A stretch of DNA of 64,000 nucleotides, taken from assembly GCF_036321535.1 (NCBI RefSeq), contig NC_087447.1, forward strand, positions 8,556,001-8,620,000. The letters run 5' to 3'. The DNA is from Camelus dromedarius (Eukaryota). Each line of letters starts with the position of its first letter. Positions within the stretch are counted from its first letter, which is position 1. The position numbers and the translations under genes are program-made. Below are positions 10,401-22,400 of the stretch, piece by piece. The notes beneath the pieces are model-generated. The model did no database searches. It saw only the letters and a list, made by a program, of their open reading frames with translations, and was not told the DNA's origin.

Positions 10401-13400
10401 AAGGTGTGACCTTGGGTAAGCTACCTGACCACTTTGAGCATCAGTTCCCTGATAAATAGAAAGGGGGCAATATCAGAACCTAACCTCATAGGATTGTTGT
10501 GAGGATTCGTTTGTTTATTTTTTCAATCACTCACATTATTGAGTGACTTCTGGCTGCCTGGTTCTGAGGATTCAGCAGTGAATGAGACAGATGTGGTCCC
10601 TGCCCTTGGGAACTTCTTTTCTGAATGGACGAACTGCACACTATACAAGTAAACAGAAAAGACAGTTTCAGGTAGTGGCAGATCCTATTAAAGAAATAAG
10701 GGTGAGTGAGTTATTCAGGCAAGGGGCCTACCTTAACTGGGGATGACCTGGGATGGCCTGGCTGAAGAAGGGACCTGAATGGTAAGGGAAAAGCCAGTCA
10801 TCCAAAGATCTGATGGGGGCACATTCTAGAAAGTGGGAATAGCAAAGGGAAAGGCCCTGAGGCACGGGTAACCTTCATGCATTTGACTAACGTGGAAGAG
10901 GGCAGCGTGGATGCAGCACAGCAAGTGGGAGGAGGCTGGTAGGCGTGAGGTCAGAGGAGTGGGCAGGGCCAGAGTTGCAGCCTCTGTAAGCCAGGTAAGG
11001 AATTTGGGTTGCAGTCTAAATTTAGCAGGAAGCTCTTAAAAGATTTTAAGGAGGAGGATGGCATGCCATATTTATGGTTTAGAAGATCCTTCTGGTGGTT
11101 GTGTAGAAAGCGGGTTGTAGGAGGGCAGACTCTTTAAGAGGAAGGTCACTTACGAGGCTCTGGGAGATTTTTGAGAGAGAGAAGAGGCTAGTTTGGACTG
11201 GGGCGGCTTCTTTGGAGGAGGTGAGTGGACACATTCAGAGTATATGTTGCAGTCAGCTGAGTTCTTTGTGGGTTCCGTGTGGATTAAGGGAAGAGAGAGG
11301 AATTGAGGATGGCTCCTAAGTTTTTTGGTCTGAGCAACTGATGAATGGTAGTGCCATTTACCAAAATGGAAAGGAAGGAAGGAAGAATAGCTTTTGGGGG
11401 GAAATCAAGAGTTGTTTTCTGTGTTAAGTATAAGGACAAAGAGGAAGTTGTCAGCTGCTTAGCAGGTTGCGCAGTGCCCAGTAATCAAACATGAGGCTGC
11501 TGTTTGGTTCACATGGGGTTGAGTATGTAGCCAGTGCTCCGTGTAGATTATGGCTGTGTGGTGGCATATAAGCCGGGTTAAGGAGAGGTCAGGATGTGAC
11601 TTAGGAGCCTCCAGCTTGGGTGCCTGGCAGGGGAGGGGTGCCATTCTCTAAGCTCCTGGAGGAAGAGATTTTTATCGGGGGAAATCCTGGAATTTAGTTT
11701 TGGATGCAGGTCTGTGAGGAAGCTGCATTAACTCCAAAGGGACAGACCAGTCAGCTGCAGAAATCATCCAGGGGTCTCAAGAGAATGGGTGGGGCTGGGA
11801 TAGTAACCGGGGCAGAGGGGGAACTGTTGGAGAGACTAGAGCAATTGCCTAATCTAAGTTTTTTTTCCTAGCCTCTTTCCTTCTTTCTTTCTTTATTTCA
11901 TTGAAGTATTGTCAGTTTACAATGTTGTGTCAATTTCTGGTGTACAGCGTAATGTTTCAGTCATACATATACATACTTATGTTCCTTTCCATATTCTTTT
12001 TTGTTGTATGTTACTGCAAAGTATTAAATAATAGTTTCCTCTGCCATACAGTATAAACTTGTTTTATATGTAACAGTATCTGCAAATCTCAAACTCCCAG
12101 TTTATCCCTTCCCATCCCCTTTCCCCACTGGTGACCATAAGTTTGTTTTCTATGTCTGTGAGTCTGTTTCTGNNNNNNNNNNNNNNNNNNNNNNNNNNNN
12201 NNNNNNNNNNNNNNNNNNNNNNNNNNNNNNNNNNNNNNNNNNNNNNNNNNNNNNNNNNNNNNNNNNNNNNNNNNNNNNNNNNNNNNNNNNNNNNNNNNNN
12301 NNNNNNNNNNNNNNNNNNNNNNNNNNNNNNNTTGAATTCACCATTTTTTACTTCTTCCTCTCCTCCTCTTCCTCTGGTCCTTCCCTGGACCTGGCTGCTG
12401 TGGGGCAAGCTTTCTCTGCTACTCCCGGCTGCCTCCTTCATCTCTCTTCTCTCACAAAGCCCTTGGCAAGCAGGCTTGGGAAGTGGATAATGTGTTGGTC
12501 TGGTGTAGAAAGTCTGGCTGTGCTGCTAACTCATTGTGTATAACCTTGGACAAGTCACACCTTTCACTCTTTCGCAGTAGTGATTTTTTGAAAGGAATTC
12601 TGTATATAAAAATCATTTCATTGGTCCTTCTGGGAATCCATGGTTTGTACTGTTTGTTTTATGAGGGGGAGGTAACTAGGTTCTTCACTGATTTCTGCTT
12701 GGAGGAGGTACTGGGGATTGAACCTAGGACCTCTTGGGTGCTGAGCATGTGCTCTACCACTTGAGCTACACCCTTCCCCCTGGGAGGCCATGGTGCCTTT
12801 GACTCTTCCCATCTTCCAAGTACTGCACAGACGCTTTGTGGTCAGCATGCTCTGGGTCTGAGAGTTTGGCCATGAGCATGGCCTCACAGCAGGGGGTGTG
12901 GCAATAGGGTGGAGGGATTTAAGAGCAGTTATTTACAAACAGAGGAGGCTATGTTTCGCTTCTTTCTGGCTCTGCTCTGCAGGGACTAAGCCAGAGCAAA
13001 TTCCAGAGCTTAGACTGTCCCAGCAGGCCCTTCTGTTCTGACTGAGATACCCTCACCCCTGCTACCAATGTCTACCCTGCCATCCCTGCCAGAGATGTCC
13101 ATATGGGAGAGTTGCTGGCCGAGGACCCCCCTGGTTGATACTCAGTTTTTCTGTTGGCTCTTTCGCCAGGACATCAATAGCCTCAACAAACAAATCGCCC
13201 AGCTTCAGGATTTCGTGAGGGCCAAGGGCAGCCAGAGTGGCCGGCACCTGCAGACCCATTCCAACACCATCGTGGTCTCCCTGCAGGTGGGACCAGGGAG
13301 AGGGGGAGGCAGAAGGGAGGAAGGCATTGTCTTCTCTGGCTGACCCTCTCCTTTTCTTCCAGTCAAAACTGGCCTCCATGTCCAATGACTTCAAATCAGT

Positions 13401-16400
13401 TTTAGAAGTGAGGACAGAGGTGAGAAGAATCTGTGTAGGGGAGATAAGAAGCTGGGGTTGAGGGCCCCAGAGGGAAATGGGGAAGGGCCAAGCGGAGGGG
13501 CAAGGGCAACAGGGTCAAGGGCACCAGGAGGGATCTCTCTTTAATGTGCCCACTTTCCAGAGGCCTCAGGACCTTTGCATTTCTTCCCCACTCAACCCCA
13601 GAACCTGAAGCAGCAGAGGAGCCGGCGGGAGCAGTTCTCCCGGGCACCCGTGTCAGCCCTGCCCCTTGCCCCCAACCACCTGGGTAAGTCACAGGCAGTA
13701 CAGGGAGCCCTGAGGGGTCAGGCTTAGTTACTCTGGTTCTGAGGGTATCCTATAAAGGCAGGAGTTGGGTAGGAGAGTGGAGGGCCAAGGAAGTTGCTAG
13801 GCTTTATCTCCCAGAGGTCAAACCTGATGACTGGGCTTTATTATCCACACCTAGTCTCCCACATTCTCATCGTTGGTTGAGGGGGAGGGAATCCATTCAG
13901 TCATGTTCAAAAGAATGAGTTTCTAATATTGTCCGTACACTTAACTCATTTTACTCACATTCTGTCATTTAATTTTCACAATCACCCTTTGAGAAAGCAA
14001 CTGTCATTATCCCCATTTTACAGATGAGGAATCTGAGGCTCAGAGAGGTTAAATGACATGTCCAGGGTCACAAGGCTAGTAAGTGCCAGAGCTGGGATTG
14101 AAATCCAGTGCATGTGGGCGTTGAACCTTTTAACCCCTAAGAAGTGTCATGTCTTCTTTTTTCCCCCAGGGGGCGGTGCTGTGGTTTTAGGGGCAGAGTC
14201 CCGAGCCTCTGGGGATGTGGCCATCGACATGATGGACCCTAGGACCAGCCAGCAGCTGCAGCTCATTGACGAGCAGGTACCCAGGCTCTGAGCTGGGCAG
14301 GAGTTGTTCTTCTGTCTTCCTTTGTGGGCCACAAGCAAGTGTTTGGAAGGTGCCATGGGTGGAATGGCAATCTGGAGGGTCCTCAGGAGGCAGGCCCTAC
14401 CCTGAAGAAGCTCCCAGTGCTCACGTGCACTCTCTCTCCTCTGAAGGATTCCTACATCCAGAGCCGGGCAGACACCATGCAGAACATTGAGTCCACAATT
14501 GTTGAGCTGGGCTCCATCTTTCAGCAGTTGGCACACATGGTTAAGGAACAGGAAGAAACCATTCAGAGGTGAGATGCTTTCTCTCTTTAACCTCAAAAAC
14601 AAGAACCCTCTCTCCCCTGTGGATTGGCATCTTAAAGGTCTCCAGGGACAGCTGGATGCCCTGTGGAAGAGAAGAGTGAATCCTGTCCACCTGTAGGGTC
14701 CAATTCACCTGCCTGCATCCACTCAACAAGTGTTAGAGAGTGACTGTTCCATGGCAGGCACTGCTCTAGGGATGCAGTGATGAATAGAACAGTTACGTCT
14801 TTGTTTCCTGGAGCTTAGTTTGTAGTGTCTGTATGGAATTCGACAGGGTGGGTGAGGAAAGTTGTTAAAAAAAATTGACAAGAAATTTTCAGGTAGTGAC
14901 AAGGGCCAAACTGAGAATTAAAGTAGGAAGAGGTGTCAAGAAAATGACGGAGTACGTATATCAGATTGGGTGACAGGAATGACTGCTCTGAAGAAGATGA
15001 CATTTAAGCAGAGATCTGAATGACAAGGGATTCAGCCATGCAAAGGAGAGGGAGAGTATTCTAGGCCGTGTGTGGGCAGCTAGAGCATAGGCCCTCCGAT
15101 GGGACAGTCTTGCTGTATTCAAGAATCAAGAAGGCTAGTGTGGCGAGAAAGCAGTGAACAGGAACAGAGAGGTACAGGATGAGCCTGGAGGGAGGCAGGT
15201 AGAGCCCACCAATGGGAGGGCCTCTCTGCTCCTCTGGCACCCCTGCTACTGCAGGAGGCATTTGATCTGCTCCTCTTCTTTGGTACTTAACGTTCATTCA
15301 GTCAGTTATGGAGATACAGCCGAGGACCAAAGAGACAAAGGTCCCTGTCATTGTGGAACTTACATCGTAGTAGGGGAGATAGACAATTAAAAATATACAT
15401 TATAAGTAAGTGGTCCAGTATATATATATTTGGGGGGAATAATTAAGTTTTTATTCATTCATTCATTCATTCATTCATTTATTTTTAACGGAGGCACTGG
15501 GGATTGAACCCAGGACGTTGTACATGCTAGGCATGCACTCTACCACTGAGCTGTACCCTCCCCTCAACCAGTATACATTCTTGCCTAGTGATAAATGCCA
15601 TAAATAAAAATAGAGTAGGGTAAACTAATCAGGAGTGCTAGGTTTGGAGGGGCAACTTGTAATTTTAAATAGGATGACCGAAGTAGCCCCTATTAAGATG
15701 ATGACATCTGCCCAAGATTTGGGAGAAGGTAGGGGAGTTTGCTGTGTGGATATCTGGAGAATACCTGGCAGAGGGAAGAACCAGTGTAAAGGCCTTTAGG
15801 CAAGAATAAGTTATGAGTTAAAGGACAGCAAAGAATGAGGACAGGTGAAAAGGACAGTAGGGGAAATGGGAGACCAGATCTTATGGGGCCTTTTAAAGCC
15901 AATATAAGGGTTTGGCTTTTACTCTGAATGACATGGGGAGCCATTGCAGGGTTTTGATGAAAGGTTATACTATCTGACTTCTGTTTTAAAAGGATCATTT
16001 GGTTGCTGTAGTTAAAACGGATTGTAAGGGCCTAGGATAGAAGCAGGGAGATGGGTGCAGAGGGCTTTGTAGTAATCTAGGCAAGAGGTGATGGTAGCTG
16101 GGATCAAGCTGGTGAGTAGTAATTGGATTCTGGATATATTTTGAAGGTAGAACCAACAGAATCAATTACTTGATGAACTAAATGTAGGGTGTGAGAGAAA
16201 AAGAGGAGTTTATGATAACGTCAGGCTTTTGATGTGTGCAACCAAAGGGATTCATACCTTTCATTTGAAATAGGGCTGTTTACTCGGGGTAGAGTAGGTC
16301 TGGAGGGGAATAGGTTGTGTTGGACGTGTGTCCAACAAGAAGTGGACAACTGAGACATCTAGGTAGAGATAGCAAACAGACTTATAGATATGAGGAGTTT

Positions 16401-19400
16401 AGGAGACAGGTCTGGGCCAAGAGTGGGCAGAATTGGACTTTGAAACTAGGGAAGGGAATTTGTTTAAAGAGGAGGATCAAGCACAGAGTCCCACGGCCAT
16501 TTCTGGATGCAAGTATCAGTCCTGGGGTCACTTACTAGGAGCACAGCTGATGAGGTAGGAAGAAATATAAATGAACATGGTGTCCTGGGAGCCAGGAAAA
16601 GAAAATGAATCAAGGAAAGAGTGATCAGCTGTGACAAATCTTGCTTTTAGGCCAAGCAAGATGAGAGCTGAGAATTTAATCGGAGGGTTTAGCTCGTTAA
16701 TATTTAATGTAATTTTTGATAAGGTCAGATTTAGGCCTACCATTTTACTATTTGTTTTCTGTTTTTCCCTTCGGTTTGTCATTCTTCCCCTTCTCCTTTC
16801 CTGTCTTTTGAACAGAAAAAAATTTTTTAATTCATTTAAATTTATCTGTTGGTATTTTAGCCATGTGTCATTGCTTTTTTTTTTTTTTTTTTTTGTGGTG
16901 GTTGCTCTAAGGATTACAGTATGCATCGTTATCTTTTCGCAGTCTACTTTCTGCAAAATGTGAGAATTTTGCAGTCCTCTCCTCCATCTTTTTTGCTCTA
17001 GTTGTCATATTTGTTACTTCTACATATTTTATAAACCCCACAATATAATATTATAATTTTAATCTTAAAATTCAAAGAAATTAAAAGGGAAAATAATCTT
17101 TTATATTTACTCACGTATTTACTATTTCTAGTGCTCTTCATTTCTTCCTGAATATCCAGTTTCCATCTGCTGTCAATTCCCTTTAACCCAAAGAATTTTC
17201 TTTGGCACATTTTGTGGTGTAGATCTGCTGATGATAAATTCTTTTACTTTTCTTTTATCTAAAACTTCATTATTTCACACTCATTCTTGGAGAATATTTT
17301 CTTTGAATATAGAATTTTGGGTTTACAGTTTTATTCTTTAAGTGCTTTAAATATATCATTCTATTGTCATTTGGCCTCTTGTTCCTAGTGAGAAGTCAGT
17401 GGTAATTCTCACTGTTGTATGTAATGTGTTTTTTTCTGGCTGCTTTTCAATATATATTTTTTTTATCTTTGGTTTTCAGCAGTTGACAGTTTATGTATCA
17501 AGATGTGGTTTTCTTTGAATTTATCCTGCTTGAGGATTCTCTGAGCTTTTTGAATCTGTAAACTTTGACATAGTTTAGGGAATATTTGACCATTATTTCT
17601 TCAAATTTTTTTCTGCCTCTTTCCCTTTCTGTCACCTTTTTTCTGGGAATATATTTGTGTGTGTGTGTGTGTGTAATCAACTATAAATACATATATATTT
17701 TGTTGAAACATGTATATATGTATCAATAGATTGCATCCCAGTAAGAGGCATTTAATGTCATAGAGTGTCCCTATATTAGTGAGAACAAGTATGATCACTT
17801 GATTGAGGTGATAATAGAAAATCTCTCCTTTCAAAAGTACATTTTCTTCTTTGCAGTCAGCAATTGATTTATGGGATACCCTGTTCCCCAAAAACCTTAA
17901 CCTAATGTTTCTAGTAGTCATTTATGATGTTTCCCTGGTCTGAATCAATTTATCTCATCGGGGGACTTTTTTTCTGTAAAGAAGAGGTTTCCTTTACTAA
18001 CTGCATGACCTGAAGTTCCTCTTAATCAGGCTGGACAAAACCTTAATTATTTTCTTGTATTTTCAGAGTACATAGTTTATGGAGCAGGTGCCACAGTAGA
18101 CCAAGGAGGTTTGTTTTTTAGTTCTTCCTCTTTTTTTGAGTATCATTATGGGCTTAAGATTTTGTATTATAGTTTGTTAGGATAGATTATTTTCAGTGCT
18201 CAGACTGTTCCCAATTTGTCCAGTGGGAGACAAGGTGGTTGTTTTGTTTTGTTTTTTAAAGAATGAGGAAAAATAAAAGTATGTTTGTATCTAATGGGAA
18301 TGATCCAACAGAGAAATAAAAATTGATGATATAGCAGGAAGAGGGAAGAATTCTTAAAGTTATGTCCTTGAGAAGGTTAGAGGAAGTGGGATCCAGTGCA
18401 GAGGTGGAGGACTTGGCTTCAAGATGAGCTGGTGATAGCTGGGAAAGCAAAATATGCTGTACAGGTGCTGGGGGGAGGGAGCAAGACAGCTGAACTCATA
18501 GTGCCTTGTAAATGGCTGGTACTCAACTGGTAGTTGAATAAATACAGAAACATCCTTTTAATCAGTGGTTGCCAAATGTGGATGTTCATAGGAACCCCCT
18601 ATAGAGCTTATAAAAACTGAAGTTCTCACCAACCAGAAGCTGGCAGCCTCTGCACAAGGCAGGGCCTAGCAACTATCTAGACCAGGGGCCAGACAAGCCT
18701 ACCAGACCACTCACTCCTAGTCAGCCCTGCCACAACAGAAGAGCCCATAGAACATGGGGCATCCCTACAGCACGTAGCTCTGGTGATCAGAGGGAAGTGC
18801 ACTGCTGGGGTGCATAGGTCATCTCCTGCAAAAGGCCACTTCTCTAAGGTCAGGAAACATTACCAACCTACCAGATACATTGAAATAAAAACAGCAAATT
18901 AGGCAAAATGAGGCAATAGAGAAACATGTTCCACTCAAAGGAATAAGATAAAACCCCAGAAGAAGAACTAAGTGAAGTGAAGATAGGTAACCTACCTGAT
19001 AAAGAGTTCAAAGTAATGTTGATAAAGATGATCAAGGAACTTGGGAAAAGAATGGATGAACACAGTGAGATGTTTAACAAAGAGTTAGAAGATATAAAGA
19101 AGAACCAAATGGATGTAATAACTGAAATGAAGAATACACTAAAAGGAATCAATGGTAGATAAATGAGACAGAGGAATGGATCAGCAAGTTGGAAGACAGA
19201 GTAGTGGAAATCATTGAAGCTGAACAGATAAAAGAAAACAGAATAAAAAGAAATAGCACAGTTTAAGAGACTTCTGGGACAACATCAAGTATACTAACAT
19301 CTCATTATAAGGGTTCCAGAAGGAGAAGAGAGAAAGAGACAGAGAACGTATTTGGAGACATAATAGCTAAAGGCTTCCCTAACCTGGGAAAGAAAGTAGA

Positions 19401-22400
19401 CATCCAGGTCCAGGAATCCTAGAGAGTCCCAAACAGGATCAACCCAAAGAGGACCACACCAAAACACATTGTAATTAAAATGGCAAAAATTAAAGACAAA
19501 GAATATTAAAAACAACAAGGGAAAAGTAACAAGGTACATACAAAGGTACTCCCATAAGGCTATCAACAGACTTTTCCAGCAGAAACTCTGCAGGTCAGAA
19601 GGAAATGGAATGATATATTTAATAAGTGATGAAAAGGAAAAACCTACAACCAAAAGTGCTTAACATGGCAAGGCTTTTATTCATTGAAGAGATCAAAAAT
19701 TTTACGGACAAACAAAAGCTAAGAGTTCAGCACCACCAAACCAGCTTTATAAGAACTGTTAAAGGGACTTCTCTAAGTGAAAAAAAGAAGGCCACAACTA
19801 GAAACATGAAAATTACAAAAGGAAAAAGCTCATTGATAAAGGTAAATATACAGTAAAGGTAGTAAATCAACCACTTACAAAGCTAGTAGGAAAATTAAAA
19901 GACAAAAATAATAAAAATCTTCTATATCCACAGTAACTAAGGAGTACACAAAACAAAAAGAGGTAAAATATGATGTCAAAAATAACTATGGGGGAAGGAG
20001 GTAAAAATACATTTGAACTTAAGAGATCAGCAACTTAAAATAGCCATATATATAGTTGTATATAGCAGTATATTTCTACATATAAGCCTCATGGTCACCA
20101 CAACCCAAAAATCCATAATAGATACACAGACAAAAAAGTGAAAGGAATTCGAACATAACACCAAAGATAATCGTCATATCATAAGGGAAGAAAAACAAAA
20201 GAAGAACAAAAAAGAACTACAAAAATAACCTAAAACAACTAGCTAAATAGCAATAAGTACATACCTATCAATAAATGCTTTAAATGTAAATGGACTAAAT
20301 GCTCCAATAAAAAGACACAGAATACCTGAATGGATTCAAAAACAAGATGCATATATAAGACTCACTTCAGATCTAACAACACACACACAGACTGAAACTG
20401 AGGGGATGGAAAAATATACTCCATGCAGATGGAAATCAAAAGAAAGCTGGAGTGGCAATACTTATCACACAAAATAGACTTTAAAACAAAGACTATAACA
20501 AGAGACAAAGAAGAACCTTACATAATGATCAAGGGATTGATCCAAGAAGAAAGTATAACAATTGTAAATATATATGCACCCAATAAAGCAGCAACTAAAT
20601 ATATAAAGGAAATATTAACAGACATAAAGGGAGAAGTTGACAGTAACATGATAATAGTAGGGGACTCTGACACCTTGCTTACATCAAGGGACAGATCAGA
20701 CAGAAAGTCCATTAGGAAACACTGGCCTTAAATGATACATTAGACCAAATAGACTGACATATAGAACATCCCATCCGAAAGCAGCAGAATACACATTCTT
20801 TTCAGGTGCACGTGTAACATTCCCCAGGATAGATCAACATGTGAGGCTACAAAACAAGTCTTAGTAAATTTAAGAAAATTGAAATCTTATCAAGCGTATG
20901 CTCCAACCACAATGCTATAAGACTAGAAATCAACTACAAGAAAAGACTGCAAAAACAAGCAAGTGGAGGCTGAACAATATGCTCCTAAACAACCAGTGGC
21001 TCACTGAAGAAATGAAAGAAGAAATAAAAATTACCTGGAGAGAAATGAAAATGAAAACACAATAATACAAAATCTATGAGATACAGCAACAGCAGTTCTA
21101 AGAGGGAAGTTTATAGCCATAGAAGCCTACCTCAGGAAATTGCAAAAATCTCAAACAACCTACCCTGACACTGAAAGGAACTAGAAAAAGAAGAACAAAC
21201 AAAACCCAAAGTTAGTACAAGGGAAGCAGTAGTAAAGATTAGAGCGAAAGTCAATGAAGTGGAGACTTAAAACAACAATAGAAAAGATCAGTGAAACTAA
21301 GAGCTGGTTCTTTGAAGAGATAAACAAAATTGAGCAAGACTTATCAAGAAGAGAGGGGGCCTAAGATAATAACATCAGAAGTGAAAAAAAGAAGCTACAT
21401 CTGACACCACAGAAATATAAAAGATCAAAAGAAATTACTATGAAAAACCATATACTGATAAAATGGACAACTAGAAACAGTGAACTAATGCCTAGAAATG
21501 TATAATCACCCAAGTCTGGAGGAGGAAGAAATAGAAATAGAAAATATGAACAGACCAGTTACCGCTAATGAAATTGAATCAATGGGGGAAAAAAAAAAAC
21601 CTCAACAAATGTCCAGGATCAGATGGCTTCATAGGGGAATTCTACCAAATGTTTAAAGAGTTAACACCTATCCTTCTCAAACTATTCCAAAAATAAATTG
21701 AAGAGGAAGGACTGATTCTGAACTCATTCTATGAAGGCAGCATCACCCTGAAACCAAAACTAAAGATATCAAAAAANNNNNNNNNNNNNNNNNNNNNNNN
21801 NNNNNNNNNNNNNNNNNNNNNNNNNNNNNNNNNNNNNNNNNNNNNNNNNNNNNNNNNNNNNNNNNNNNNNNNNNNNNNNNNNNNNNNNNNNNNNNNNNNN
21901 NNNNNNNNNNGATTTTTCAGTATCGGCAAATCAGTCAATGTGATACACCACTTTAACAAACTGAAGAGTAAAAACCATATCATCTCAATAAATGCAGAAA
22001 AAACTTTTGACAGAATTCAACATCCAGTTATGATAAACACTCTCCACAAAGTGAGTATAGAAGGAACATACCTCAGCATAATAAAGGTCATANNNNNNNN
22101 NNNNNNNNNNNNNNNNNNNNNNNNNNNNNNNNNNNNNNNNNNNNNNNNNNNNNNNNNNNNNNNNNNNNNNNNNNNNNNNNNNNNNNNNNNNNNNNNNNNN
22201 NNNNNNNNNNNNNNNNNNNNNNNNNNNNNNGAAGAAAAAGAAAAGGAATCCAAATTGTAAAGGAAGAAGTAAAACTGTCAACTGCAGATGACATGATACT
22301 ATACATAGAAAATCCTAAAGTTGCTACCAGAAAGCTACTAGAGCTCGTCAATGAATTGATTAAAGTGGTAGGATACAAAATTAATATACAGAAATATGTT

